From: Escherichia coli
GTDB taxonomy: Bacteria; Pseudomonadota; Gammaproteobacteria; Enterobacterales; Enterobacteriaceae
DNA length: 64,000 nt
Assembly: GCF_030013205.1 (NCBI RefSeq)
Contig: NZ_CP122648.1
Reading direction: 5' to 3' (one strand)
Shown here: positions 48,625-59,914 of the stretch, one piece after another
Layout of the letters: every line of letters starts with the position of its first letter
Numbering within the stretch: position 1 is the stretch's first letter
Notes under the pieces: generated by a model
Seen by the model: only the letters and a program-made list of their open reading frames with translations
Database searches by the model: none
Told to the model about the DNA's origin: nothing
Translations under genes and position numbers: made by a program

Positions 48625-50372
48625 TGCTAAACGAACGCCAGTTAAAGATTGTCGATCTGCTGGAGCAACAGCCACGCACGCCTGGCGAGCTGGCGCAACA
48701 GACTGGCGTTTCTGGTAGGACCATTCTGCGTGATATTGACTATCTCAACTTTACCCTTAACGGCAAAGCCCGCATTTCCGCCAGTGGCAACGCGGGCTAT
48801 CAGCTGGAAATCTTCGAGCGCCGCAGCTTTTTTCAGTTGCTGCAAAAGCACGATAACGACGATCGGCTGCTGGCGCTGCTATTACTGAATACCTTCACTC
48901 CCCGTGCGCAACTCGCCTCGGCGCTTAATTTGCCAGAAACGTGGGTAGCAGAGCGCCTGCCCCGCCTGAAACAGCGCTATGAACGCGGTTTTTGTCTCGC
49001 TAGTCGCCCTGGTTTGGGCCATTTCATTGATGAGACAGAAGAGAAACGCATTATTTTGCTGGCGAATCTTTTACGCAAAGATCCGTTTTTAATTCCTCTG
49101 GCGGGCGTAACACGAGACAACCTTCAGCAATTATCCACGGTCTGCGACAACCAACACCGCTGGCCGCTGATGCAGGGTGATTATCTCTCCAGCCTGATTC
49201 TGGCGATTTACGCCCTGCGTAATCAACTGACCGATGAGTGGCCGCAATATCCCGGTGACGAGATAAAACAAATCGTTGAACAAAGCGGCCTGTTTCTTGG
49301 TGATAACGCTGTAAGAACCCTGACGGGGTTGATAGAGAAACAGCATCAACAGGCGCAGGTTATTTGTGTCGATAATGTGCTGGCATTGCTGCAAAGGGTG
49401 CCGGGCATTGCGTCATTGAATATTATTGATACGCAACTGGTTGAGAATATTACCGGGCATTTATTACGTTGCCTTGCCGCGCCGGTGTGGATAGGTGAGC
49501 ACCGCCAAAGCAGCATGAATAACCTGAAAGCCGCCTGGCCTGCGGCCTTTGATATGAGTCTGCACTTTATTACGCTACTGCGTGAACAACTCGATATTCC
49601 CCTTTTCGACAGCGATCTGATCGGTTTGTATTTTGCCTGTGCGCTGGAACGGCATCAAAACGAACGCCAGCCGATCATTTTGCTCTCGGACCAGAACGCG
49701 ATTGCCACCATTAATCAGCTCGCCATTGAGCGCGATGTTTTACATTGTCGGGTGATTATTGCCCGTAGCTTAAGCGAACTTGTTGCCATTCGCGAAGAGA
49801 TTGAGCCGTTATTGATCATTAATAACAGCCATTATTTACTGGATGATGCGGTCAATAATTGCATCATCGTAAAAAATATCATTACGGCTGCCGGTATCGA
49901 ACAAATAAAACATTTTCTGGCGACGGCATTTATTCGCCAGCAACCGGAGCGTTTTTTTTCTGCCCCCGGAAGTTTTCATTATTCGAATGTACGTGGTGAA
50001 AGCTGGCAACATATTACCCGGCAAATTTGTGCGCAATTAGTGACGCAACACCACATTACCGCCGATGAAGTACAACGGATCATCGCCCGCGAAAGCGAAG
50101 GCGAAAACCTGATTGTTAATCGTCTCGCCATCCCACATTGCTGGAGCGAACAGGAACGCCGTTTTCGTGGATTTTTTATTACCCTCGCCCAACCGGTTGA
50201 GGTGAATAACGAAGTAGTTAACCATGTGCTGATCGCCTGTGCCGCCGCCGATGCGCGTCATGAGCTAAAAATATTCAGCTATCTGGCAAGCGTATTGTGT
50301 CAGCATCCGGCAGAGGTTATTGCCGGGTTAACAGGATATGAGGCATTTATGGAGTTACTTCACAAGGGGTGA
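48624..50372 (+). CDS. frvR: frv operon transcriptional regulator (HTH plus PRD/EIIA-like domains)
   Basis: 582-aa translation; last gene of the frv cluster. Confidence 0.82.
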   Translation: MLNERQLKIVDLLEQQPRTPGELAQQTGVSGRTILRDIDYLNFTLNGKARISASGNAGYQLEIFERRSFFQLLQKHDNDDRLLALLLLNTFTPRAQLASALNLPETWVAERLPRLKQRYERGFCLASRPGLGHFIDETEEKRIILLANLLRKDPFLIPLAGVTRDNLQQLSTVCDNQHRWPLMQGDYLSSLILAIYALRNQLTDEWPQYPGDEIKQIVEQSGLFLGDNAVRTLTGLIEKQHQQAQVICVDNVLALLQRVPGIASLNIIDTQLVENITGHLLRCLAAPVWIGEHRQSSMNNLKAAWPAAFDMSLHFITLLREQLDIPLFDSDLIGLYFACALERHQNERQPIILLSDQNAIATINQLAIERDVLHCRVIIARSLSELVAIREEIEPLLIINNSHYLLDDAVNNCIIVKNIITAAGIEQIKHFLATAFIRQQPERFFSAPGSFHYSNVRGESWQHITRQICAQLVTQHHITADEVQRIIARESEGENLIVNRLAIPHCWSEQERRFRGFFITLAQPVEVNNEVVNHVLIACAAADARHELKIFSYLASVLCQHPAEVIAGLTGYEAFMELLHKG

Positions 50373-50427
50373 ACTGTGTCGGATGCGCCGCATCCGACAC
50401 TGCATTTATCACCAAAATCAAAAACGT

Positions 50428-51108
50428 TTAACGCAGGCTATTATAGTCATCGACCATTTCGTTGTACTCGCGTAACGCTCGCGGAAATGAGTCGTCGACC
50501 ATCCAGCTTGTGTTTGCATCCTGAAGTTGCTCTTTATCCCAGTCAGAGTACGGAACTTTATCTCTGACGCGGCGAACATATTTTTTAGCCTCGAGTTGAT
50601 ACTGGTCTGCCGAATTAATGAACGAGAAATTCATACCGCCTTTATCCGCTTCTTTGGCCTGCGCCACCAGCGTTTCCAGTTCAGAGACTTTCTTCATTGC
50701 CGCATCAACATCAAACTTCTCTTGCGAAATCAGGTTATTAATTTGTTTCGCTGAAATCATGACTGCCAGAGAGTAGTAGTGGAATGTTTTCCCTTCTCTT
50801 TGTTCAATATTTTTCAGTTCCGCAAGCTGGCGCTTATCGTTAATTTCCTGAATCGCCGCATGATAAGATTCTGCTACAGGTTCAAAGGCTTCAAGATTTT
50901 TTAAGAATGTCTGGTGCAGCGTTTTCCCTTTCGCAAACGCATCGTCTTTATAATTTTCCTGGGTGTAATATTTATCCATTTCGTTAATGGTATTACCCAA
51001 CGCCACGGCAGTATCAATATAACTTACCGCCACGCCATCAATAGGTTGCAGCGCAGGCGTTAACGCCACTACACGCGCTTTGTTTATAAATAAAATAATA
51101 AAATTCAC
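50428..51108 (-). CDS. yiiG: conserved protein at the yiiG position
   Basis: 226-aa ORF between frvR and fdhD; function unknown. Confidence 0.55.
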   Translation of the reverse strand: MNFIILFINKARVVALTPALQPIDGVAVSYIDTAVALGNTINEMDKYYTQENYKDDAFAKGKTLHQTFLKNLEAFEPVAESYHAAIQEINDKRQLAELKNIEQREGKTFHYYSLAVMISAKQINNLISQEKFDVDAAMKKVSELETLVAQAKEADKGGMNFSFINSADQYQLEAKKYVRRVRDKVPYSDWDKEQLQDANTSWMVDDSFPRALREYNEMVDDYNSLR

Positions 51109-51157
51109 GAAATGAATAAGTCCTGCAATTTAATATATATCGCAGGACTTATTTTAA

Positions 51158-51991
51158 TTAATTGCTCAAACGCTGCGGATGGGTATAAACCGTTGCCCGA
51201 CCCGGTTTACAAAAACCTACCAGTGTCAGATTACAGCGCTCAGCCACTTCTACAGCAAGCGTGGTCGCGGCAGACACCGCAAACAAAATCTCTACGCCGC
51301 ACATCGCCGACTTTTGCACCATTTCATAACTGGCACGGCTGGAAACCAGTACCGCACCTTGCTGCCAGCTTTCCCCTTCTTGTGACCGGCGGCCTAACAG
51401 TTTGTCCAGCGCCACATGGCGACCCACGTCTTCATGCCCGCCGACCAGTTCGCCAGATGGCAACATCCATGCAGCGGCGTGAGTACAACCAGTCAGTTGC
51501 CCCACTGGCTGGAAATCATTGAGATGACGTAATGCATCATCCAGTTTGTTGAGATCAAACGTCTGGGTGAACGGCAGCGGCTGCACCGGTTTACCGATAT
51601 CGTTAAGCTGTTCTACACCGCATACGCCACAGCCCGTACGTCCCGCCAGCGCCCGGCGGCGCTCCTTCAACCCCATAAAGCGGCGGCTGGAAAGCTCAAT
51701 TTGCACTTCCAGACCATTACAGGAAGGAACGACATCCATACCGAAGATATCGCGCGGACTTTCGATAATCCCCTCGGAAAGCGAAAAACCGAGCGCAAAG
51801 TACTCAAGGTCTTTGGGCGACGCCATCATCACCACATGCGAAATGCCGTTGTAGACCAGCGCAACGGGAACTTCTTCCGCGACCTCATCTAACCGTGGGT
51901 GTTGTAAATCATCACGCCGCCATAACTCAATTTGACGAACACCTGTGACATTTGTCACATTTTCGATTTCTTTTTGCTGTGTTTTTTTCAC
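51158..51991 (-). CDS. fdhD: formate dehydrogenase sulfurtransferase FdhD
   Basis: 277-aa translation [28 protein letters not shown]. Confidence 0.92.
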   Translation of the reverse strand: MKKTQQKEIENVTNVTGVRQIELWRRDDLQHPRLDEVAEEVPVALVYNGISHVVMMASPKDLEYFALGFSLSEGIIESPRDIFGMDVVPSCNGLEVQIELSSRRFMGLKERRRALAGRTGCGVCGVEQLNDIGKPVQPLPFTQTFDLNKLDDALRHLNDFQPVGQLTGCTHAAAWMLPSGELVGGHEDVGRHVALDKLLGRRSQEGESWQQGAVLVSSRASYEMVQKSAMCGVEILFAVSAATTLAVEVAERCNLTLVGFCKPGRATVYTHPQRLSN

Positions 51992-52184
51992 TTTCTCTTA
52001 ACCAGATAAGAACACACACACCAACATTATGGTATTCTGTTACAAACCCTTCCTGGATGGAGGGAAATTGAGCCAATTCTGGACCTTTGCGGCCCCTTCC
52101 GCAAAGAAAAATAACTCCCACTCCCTGCACACGCAGCAAGCGAATGTAAATGGGACGTGACAATGTCGAAACAAGGAGCAATCC

Positions 52185-55100
52185 ATGCAGGTCAGCAGAA
52201 GGCAGTTCTTTAAGATCTGCGCTGGCGGTATGGCAGGCACCACGGCAGCGGCACTGGGTTTTGCACCCAGCGTAGCACTCGCGGAAACCCGGCAGTATAA
52301 ACTGCTGCGCACCCGCGAAACCCGTAATACCTGCACCTATTGTTCCGTAGGCTGTGGGCTGTTGATGTACAGCCTCGGTGACGGAGCAAAAAACGCCAAA
52401 GCATCTATCTTCCATATCGAAGGCGATCCGGATCACCCGGTCAACCGCGGTGCACTTTGTCCGAAAGGCGCTGGCCTGGTGGATTTCATCCACTCCGAAA
52501 GCCGTCTGAAGTTTCCGGAATACCGTGCGCCAGGTTCTGATAAATGGCAGCAAATCAGTTGGGAAGAGGCGTTTGATCGCATCGCCAAACTGATGAAAGA
52601 AGACCGCGATGCTAACTACATTGCGCAAAACGCCGAAGGCGTGACCGTTAACCGCTGGCTCTCCACCGGGATGCTGTGTGCTTCCGCGTCGAGTAACGAA
52701 ACCGGCTATTTAACGCAAAAATTCTCCCGCGCGCTGGGTATGCTCGCGGTCGACAACCAGGCGCGTGTCTGACACGGACCAACGGTAGCAAGTCTTGCTC
52801 CAACATTTGGTCGCGGTGCGATGACCAACCACTGGGTCGACATCAAGAACGCCAACCTCGTCGTGGTGATGGGCGGTAACGCCGCTGAAGCTCACCCGGT
52901 CGGGTTCCGCTGGGCGATGGAAGCCAAAATTCACAACGGCGCGAAGCTGATTGTGATCGATCCTCGCTTTACGCGTACGGCGGCGGTGGCTGACTACTAT
53001 GCCCCTATTCGTTCCGGTACTGACATTGCTTTCCTGTCAGGCGTATTGCTGTACCTGCTGAACAATGAAAAATTCAACCGCGAATACACCGAAGCCTATA
53101 CCAACGCCAGCCTGATCGTGCGTGAGGATTACGGCTTTGAAGATGGCCTGTTCACCGGCTATGACGCGGAAAAACGCAAGTACGATAAATCCTCCTGGAC
53201 TTACGAACTGGACGAAAACGGCTTCGCCAAACGCGATACCACGCTGCAACATCCGCGCTGCGTGTGGAACTTGCTGAAACAGCACGTTTCCCGCTACACG
53301 CCAGATGTGGTTGAAAACATCTGCGGTACGCCAAAAGACGCGTTCCTGAAAGTCTGCGAATACATCGCCGAAACCAGTGCTCACGATAAAACAGCGTCGT
53401 TCCTCTACGCCCTCGGCTGGACGCAACACTCCATTGGTGCGCAAAACATTCGTACGATGGCGATGATCCAGCTGCTGCTCGGCAATATGGGGATGGCTGG
53501 CGGCGGCGTTAACGCCCTGCGCGGTCACTCCAATATTCAGGGGCTGACCGACCTGGGGCTGCTGTCGCAGAGCCTGCCAGGTTACATGACGCTGCCAAGC
53601 GAGAAGCAGACCGATCTGCAAACCTACCTTGCCGCCAACACGCCGAAACCGCTGCTGGAAGGCCAGGTTAACTACTGGGGCAATTACCCGAAATTCTTCG
53701 TCTCCATGATGAAGGCCTTCTTTGGTGATAAAGCGACGGCAGAAAACAGCTGGGGCTTTGACTGGTTGCCGAAGTGGGATAAAGGCTACGACGTCCTGCA
53801 ATACTTCGAGATGATGAAAGAGGGCAAAGTCAATGGCTATATCTGCCAGGGCTTTAACCCGGTTGCCTCATTCCCGAACAAAAACAAAGTGATCGGCTGT
53901 CTGTCGAAACTGAAGTTCCTCGTGACCATCGACCCGCTGAACACTGAAACCTCTAACTTCTGGCAGAACCACGGTGAACTGAACGAAGTTGACTCGTCGA
54001 AGATCCAGACCGAAGTGTTCCGTCTGCCATCGACCTGCTTCGCGGAAGAGAACGGTTCAATCGTCAACTCTGGTCGCTGGTTGCAGTGGCACTGGAAAGG
54101 TGCGGACGCCCCGGGGATTGCGCTGACTGACGGCGAGATCCTCTCCGGTATCTTCCTGCGCTTGCGCAAGATGTATGCCGAACAGGGTGGCGCGAACCCG
54201 GACCAGGTGCTGAACATGACCTGGAACTACGCCATTCCGCATGAGCCATCTTCAGAAGAAGTGGCGATGGAGAGTAACGGTAAGGCGCTGGCCGATATTA
54301 CCGATCCGGCAACCGGTGCGGTTATCGTCAAGAAAGGCCAACAACTTAGCTCGTTCGCCCAACTGCGCGATGACGGTACAACCTCCTGTGGCTGCTGGAT
54401 TTTCGCCGGTAGCTGGACGCCAGAGGGCAACCAGATGGCACGCCGTGATAACGCCGATCCGTCTGGCCTCGGTAACACGCTGGGCTGGGCATGGGCATGG
54501 CCGCTTAACCGCCGTATTCTGTATAACCGCGCCTCCGCAGATCCGCAGGGTAACCCGTGGGATCCGAAGCGTCAGTTGCTGAAATGGGACGGCACTAAGT
54601 GGACCGGCTGGGATATTCCGGACTACAGCGCAGCGCCTCCGGGCAGCGGTGTTGGGCCGTTTATCATGCAGCAGGAAGGCATGGGGCGTCTGTTTGCCCT
54701 CGATAAGATGGCGGAAGGTCCGTTCCCGGAACACTACGAGCCGTTTGAAACGCCGCTGGGAACTAACCCGCTGCATCCAAACGTTATCTCGAACCCGGCT
54801 GCACGTATCTTTAAAGACGACGCCGAAGCGTTGGGTAAAGCCGATAAGTTCCCGTATGTCGGAACCACCTATCGTCTGACCGAGCACTTCCACTACTGGA
54901 CCAAACACGCGCTGTTGAACGCGATTTTGCAACCAGAGCAGTTTGTGGAAATCGGTGAGTCGCTGGCGAATAAACTTGGCATTGCCCAGGGCGATACCGT
55001 GAAAGTCTCCTCCAACCGTGGCTATATCAAAGCCAAAGCGGTGGTGACCAAACGTATTCGCACGCTGAAAGCGAACGGCAAAGATATCGATACCATCGGT

Positions 55101-55235
55101 ATTCCGATTCACTGGGGCTATGAAGGTGTTGCGAAAAAAGGCTTTATTGCCAACACGTTAACGCCATTCGTCGGTGATGCGAACACGCAGACGCCAGAGT
55201 TTAAGTCCTTCCTTGTGAATGTGGAAAAGGTGTAA
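52185..55235 (+). CDS. fdoG: formate dehydrogenase-O major subunit, selenocysteine at in-frame UGA 52770-52772, Tat signal
   Basis: ORFs 52185-52772 and 52821-55235 share one frame and are split only by TGA; RRQFFK twin-arginine motif; Mo-bisPGD enzyme family. Confidence 0.94.
52773..52815 (+). ncRNA. SECIS hairpin directing Sec insertion (mRNA element within fdoG)
   Basis: Stem-loop-capable sequence (ggtagcaagtcttgctcc...) immediately 3' of the UGA. Confidence 0.5.
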
Positions 55236-55247
55236 CGGAGACGACAT

Positions 55248-56150
55248 ATGGCTTATCAATCGCAAGATATCATTCGTCGTTCCGCGACTAACGGTCTGAC
55301 CCCCGCGCCTCAGGCGCGGGACTTCCAGGAAGAAGTGGCGAAACTCATCGACGTCACCACCTGTATCGGCTGTAAAGCCTGTCAGGTGGCGTGTTCAGAG
55401 TGGAACGACATTCGCGATACCGTCGGCAATAACATTGGGGTGTACGACAACCCCAATGATTTAAGCGCCAAATCGTGGACGGTAATGCGCTTCTCGGAAG
55501 TGGAACAGAACGACAAACTGGAATGGCTGATCCGCAAAGACGGCTGTATGCACTGTTCCGATCCAGGCTGCCTGAAAGCGTGCCCGGCGGAAGGAGCAAT
55601 TATTCAGTATGCCAACGGTATCGTCGACTTCCAGTCCGAGCAGTGCATCGGCTGCGGTTATTGCATTGCGGGCTGTCCGTTCGACATTCCGCGCCTCAAC
55701 CCGGAAGACAACCGCGTCTACAAATGTACGCTGTGCGTTGACCGCGTGGTGGTTGGGCAAGAACCAGCCTGCGTGAAGACCTGCCCAACGGGCGCGATTC
55801 ACTTCGGTACGAAAGAGTCGATGAAAACGCTGGCGAGCGAGCGCGTGGCGGAGCTGAAAACTCGCGGTTACGACAATGCGGGTCTGTACGATCCGGCAGG
55901 CGTTGGTGGTACACACGTTATGTACGTGCTGCACCATGCTGACAAGCCAAATCTGTATCATGGCTTGCCGGAGAACCCGGAAATCAGCGAAACCGTGAAA
56001 TTCTGGAAAGGCATCTGGAAACCGCTCGCAGCTGTTGGCTTTGCGGCTACCTTCGCAGCCAGTATCTTCCACTACGTGGGTGTCGGTCCGAACCGTGCGG
56101 ATGAGGAAGAGAATAATCTGCACGAAGAGAAAGACGAGGAGCGCAAATGA
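55248..56150 (+). CDS. fdoH: formate dehydrogenase-O iron-sulfur subunit
   Basis: 300-aa translation with multiple CxxCxxCxxxCP ferredoxin motifs. Confidence 0.94.
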
Positions 56151-56782
56151 AACGACGTGACACCATCGTGCGCTACACCGCGCCGGAACGTATCAACCAC
56201 TGGATCACCGCCTTCTGCTTCATCCTGGCGGCGGTGAGCGGGCTGGGCTTTTTGTTCCCGTCCTTCAACTGGTTGATGCAAATCATGGGCACACCGCAGC
56301 TGGCGCGAATTCTGCACCCGTTTGTCGGCGTGGTTATGTTTGCCTCGTTCATCATCATGTTTTTCCGTTACTGGCATCACAACCTAATCAATCGGGATGA
56401 TATCTTTTGGGCGAAGAATATTCGTAAGATCGTCGTCAACGAGGAAGTAGGTGACACCGGGCGTTATAACTTCGGTCAGAAATGCGTTTTCTGGGCGGCG
56501 ATTATTTTCCTGGTTCTGCTGCTGGTGAGCGGCGTGATTATCTGGCGTCCTTATTTTGCGCCTGCTTTCTCAATCCCGGTGATCCGATTCGCGTTAATGC
56601 TGCATTCATTTGCCGCAGTGGCGTTAATTGTGGTTATCATGGTGCATATCTACGCCGCCCTTTGGGTGAAAGGCACGATTACCGCCATGGTGGAAGGATG
56701 GGTTACCAGCGCCTGGGCGAAGAAACATCACCCGCGCTGGTACCGTGAGGTCCGCAAGACAACGGAAAAGAAAGCTGAATGA
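56147..56782 (+). CDS. fdoI: formate dehydrogenase-O cytochrome b556 subunit
   Basis: 211-aa membrane protein; start overlaps the fdoH stop. Confidence 0.93.
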
Positions 56783-57708
56783 GTATTCGCATAATCCCGC
56801 AAGATGAGCTGGGTTCGAGCGAGAAACGTACGGCGGATATGATTCCGCCGTTATTGTTCCCTCGGCTCAAGAATTTATACAACCGCCGCGCCGAGCGTCT
56901 GCGCGAGCTGGCAGAAAATAATCCGCTGGGTGATTACCTGCGCTTTGCTGCGCTTATCGCCCACGCCCAGGAAGTGGTGCTGTACGACCATCCGCTGGAG
57001 ATGGATCTGACTGCACGCATTAAAGAAGCCAGCGCACAGGGCAAGCCCCCGCTGGATATTCACGTTCTGCCGCGTGATAAGCACTGGCAAAAGCTGCTGA
57101 TGGCGCTAATTGCTGAGCTGAAACCTGAAATGAGCGGCCCGGCGCTGGCAGTGATTGAGAATCTGGAGAAGGCATCGACTCAGGAGCTGGAAGATATGGC
57201 CAGCGCACTGTTTGCCTCTGATTTCTCATCCGTCAGTAGCGATAAAGCGCCGTTTATCTGGGCTGCACTGTCGCTCTACTGGGCGCAGATGGCCAATCTG
57301 ATCCCCGGCAAAGCCCGCGCTGAATACGGCGAACAACGTCAATATTGCCCGGTATGTGGCTCTATGCCTGTTTCCAGCATGGTGCAAATTGGCACCACTC
57401 AGGGTCTGCGTTACCTGCACTGCAACCTGTGTGAAACCGAATGGCACGTAGTGCGCGTAAAATGCAGCAACTGCGAGCAGAGCGGCAAACTGCATTACTG
57501 GTCGCTGGATGACGAACAGGCCGCGATTAAAGCCGAAAGCTGCGATGACTGCGGCACTTACCTGAAGATTCTTTATCAGGAAAAAGAACCGAAAGTTGAA
57601 GCCGTGGCAGATGACCTCGCCTCTCTGGTACTGGACGCGCGAATGGAGCAAGAAGGCTATGCTCGTAGTTCCATCAACCCGTTCCTGTTTCCGGGTGAAG
57701 GGGAGTAA
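56779..57708 (+). CDS. fdhE: formate dehydrogenase accessory protein FdhE
   Basis: 309-aa translation with CxxC pairs ([28 protein letters not shown]). Confidence 0.92.
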   Translation: MSIRIIPQDELGSSEKRTADMIPPLLFPRLKNLYNRRAERLRELAENNPLGDYLRFAALIAHAQEVVLYDHPLEMDLTARIKEASAQGKPPLDIHVLPRDKHWQKLLMALIAELKPEMSGPALAVIENLEKASTQELEDMASALFASDFSSVSSDKAPFIWAALSLYWAQMANLIPGKARAEYGEQRQYCPVCGSMPVSSMVQIGTTQGLRYLHCNLCETEWHVVRVKCSNCEQSGKLHYWSLDDEQAAIKAESCDDCGTYLKILYQEKEPKVEAVADDLASLVLDARMEQEGYARSSINPFLFPGEGE

Positions 57709-57889
57709 TCTCTGACGTTTTCCGGGTGGCGCAGGTCGCCCGGATTACAGTTCATAGGGTGTGACGACACCATCTCTCTTATTCCGCGTTACCACCTCAA
57801 GCTATGCTGCCAGTGCCTGTTTTGCCTCAATTTTCACACTGAACAAATCGATAACAATATCGATATCAAATAGCCAAATCTTTTTGCCA

Positions 57890-58108
57890 TTACCATTCCT
57901 CGCGCAGCTTACGCTGGTATTCGACACCATCTTCCTCACTCCCTTGCCAGATGCCAAAAGCACTGGCTCTTGCTGTTTGCGATTGATTTACCAGGTATTG
58001 ATCTACCGCTTCCCGTAATAGCTCCGCACGAGGAAGATTATGCTGCACCTCGAGATCATCAAGTTGCTTAAACAACTCATTCGATAAATTGAGTAAAATT
58101 CTGCCCAT
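57890..58108 (-). CDS. yiiF: ribbon-helix-helix (CopG-like) DNA-binding protein
   Basis: Translation from [39 protein letters not shown]; symbol assigned by adjacency to fdhE. Confidence 0.65.
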   Translation of the reverse strand: MGRILLNLSNELFKQLDDLEVQHNLPRAELLREAVDQYLVNQSQTARASAFGIWQGSEEDGVEYQRKLREEW

Positions 58109-58225
58109 ATCTATACCTGCCAGAGAGTTCATAAATATCTCGCCCATATCATTTTTGAATCTATGGAGAGAAGAGTACCCTTGTCGAATCTTTAAAGAAA
58201 GCGTATTTACGCATCACTTTTTATT

Positions 58226-58269
58226 TTTGCGAGGCGTTTTCCAGATATGATGTAACAGTTGCAGTTATT
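58226..58269. promoter_or_regulatory. conserved upstream module A (tttgcgaggcgttttccagat ... atgtaacagttgcagttatt, with CAGTT-g-CAGTT direct repeat), putative promoter/operator
   Basis: Recurs at 58666-58709; its first 21 bp recur at 60348-60368. Confidence 0.45.
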
Positions 58270-58350
58270 ATAAGTTCAAGTAAAACAGCCTTGTATTAAT
58301 ACCAGAATAAGGGCATCTGTTTTTTTATATTCAAGAATGAAAAATTTTTG

Positions 58351-58569
58351 TCATTCCTTATGCTCCTTACACTGATCATCAACACCAACTACCTCCCCCT
58401 TTTGCCTGCCTCCCTTTGCTTTACGCACCGGGAATTGCTGACGTTCCAGATATTGCTCTACCGCTTCGCGTAAAATTGCAGATCGTGAAACCTTACGCCA
58501 GCCCCTAAGCTTGTTCAGCCGTTTAATTGCCTCTTCTGATAAATGAAGAAAAACCGTATTCATCGCCAT
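58351..58569 (-). CDS. yiiE: ribbon-helix-helix (CopG-like) DNA-binding protein, paralog of the preceding gene
   Basis: Translation from MAMNTVFLHLSEEAIKRLNKLRGWRKVSRSAILREAVEQYL. Confidence 0.65.
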   Translation of the reverse strand: MAMNTVFLHLSEEAIKRLNKLRGWRKVSRSAILREAVEQYLERQQFPVRKAKGGRQKGEVVGVDDQCKEHKE

Positions 58570-58665
58570 TACCACCACCTTACATATATTACTCATTAAT
58601 GTATGTGCGAAAATTACGCCGAAAAATCATTTAAAAAAAGCGGATTTTTGCATGTCGTTTTGTTT

Positions 58666-58709
58666 TTGCGAGACGGCATCCAAAGATAATGTAACAGTTG
58701 CAGTTATTT
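58666..58709. promoter_or_regulatory. conserved upstream module B (copy of module A)
   Basis: Ungapped alignment with 58226-58269; the 3' 20-mer is identical. Confidence 0.45.
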
Positions 58710-58987
58710 CAATTGTTACTCAAAAATGGTTTAGTAATAACCCAGGATGGTTTATTACTTTTAATTAAGCGGGGACACATCTACAGAAAAGAAACAACAA
58801 ATAATAAGGATGAATTATGGGTGCTATAAATATTTTATATTCAAGAATATTTTTTTGATTGGGTGTTCATTTGCTTCATCAGGATGGTGTACCCGAAAAA
58901 GTCAGCAGCTTTACCGCACCAGGGTTTAAGGTGAAATCTACCATTCATAACTGACCGGTCAGTGCCGCACCAACCGGTCTTTAATTG

Positions 58988-59266
58988 TTAGTAGTAGTAA
59001 ATTTGTGGATAACAGTCCGGGAACCAGACGATTCCTTCTGGATCATCCCCCTGCATTACCCGATGACATTGGCGTCGATCATCTGCGCGACGGCGAAGCG
59101 TAGTATAGAGCCGCTTCCATTCATGATCGCCCGGTGTACTGTAGTTTACCCAACAATCCATTGAAGGGTGACGCCATTTACCTGTAAGTGTTGGGATCCC
59201 TGAATGATTATGTGGCTTCGCTTTACCATTACGATCCCTATCTTTACGCGTATTAAGCGTGGACAT
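58988..59266 (-). CDS. hypothetical 92-aa basic, Cys/His-containing protein
   Basis: Intact ORF; no family recognised. Confidence 0.35.
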   Translation of the reverse strand: MSTLNTRKDRDRNGKAKPHNHSGIPTLTGKWRHPSMDCWVNYSTPGDHEWKRLYTTLRRRADDRRQCHRVMQGDDPEGIVWFPDCYPQIYYY

Positions 59267-59317
59267 TTTTAGTCTCCTGTTAAGAGTTCTAAAAATGTGC
59301 TTCCTTAAAATAGTTCA

Positions 59318-59539
59318 TCATTTTCCCTTAATTCGCATAGCGTGCTTTTGCACGAATTTCCGATACGCGGGGACCATTATGATAGCGTCGATGCCCACAC
59401 ATCCAACAAGAACAAATACAGGGAGTACGAAAGCAAATACCTGATGCTTTTTTGCTTCCATCGCCTGCAGTGCGATAACGGCAGCGGATTTTTTTAATCG
59501 CGCCATATGATGGCGACGTTCAGCACGATTACGGGTCAT
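59318..59539 (-). CDS. hypothetical 73-aa protein, basic N-terminus plus one predicted TM helix
   Basis: Hydrophobic segment FAFVLPVFVLVGCVGIDAIIMV; ATG immediately downstream of the 59545-59585 hairpin. Confidence 0.35.
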   Translation of the reverse strand: MTRNRAERRHHMARLKKSAAVIALQAMEAKKHQVFAFVLPVFVLVGCVGIDAIIMVPAYRKFVQKHAMRIKGK

Positions 59540-59544
59540 AGTAA

Positions 59545-59650
59545 AACTCCTGAGCAGGCGGCACTATGCCGCTTTCATAGGAGTTCTGAATGCTGGTGCT
59601 TTCTGTATGGCATAACCATGCCTCTAACGGTTAAGTGCCTGCAGCACATG
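59545..59650. repeat. ~100-bp repeat, copy 1 (imperfect hairpin plus conserved tail); overlaps the 3' end of the antitoxin gene
   Basis: About 85% identical to 61362-61464. Confidence 0.55.
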
Positions 59651-59914
59651 TTGCGGATCATTGGCAATCGCTCGCAGCAAAGCCTTTGCAGGCCCAGTCG
59701 GTGAACGTCGCCCCTGCTCCCAGTTACGCAACGTGTCTACGCTTACGGAAATAAGTTCGGCAAATTTAGATTGTGACAACCCTGAAGCGCGGCGTATTTC
59801 TTTGATTTTCATAGCATCAACTTCAAAAGTCCGTGAAGGGTGTCGCGTTCCTTCAATAATTTCATTCATCTGGGCCATGCTGTGAGTCAACCGCTCAAAA
59901 AGTGCCTTATCCAT
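59624..59914 (-). CDS. HigA-like HTH (XRE-family) antitoxin
   Basis: 96-aa translation with HTH (SQSKFAELISVSVDTLRNWEQGRRSP); directly follows the toxin gene. Confidence 0.75.
   Translation of the reverse strand: MDKALFERLTHSMAQMNEIIEGTRHPSRTFEVDAMKIKEIRRASGLSQSKFAELISVSVDTLRNWEQGRRSPTGPAKALLRAIANDPQHVLQALNR

Noticed and set aside
52185-52772. fdoG as a truncated pseudogene
   Set aside because: The stop is the selenocysteine UGA, in frame with the downstream 804-aa ORF.
53037-55112. 254-aa, 286-aa and smaller ORFs antisense to fdoG
   Set aside because: Contained within fdoG on the opposite strand; considered spurious.
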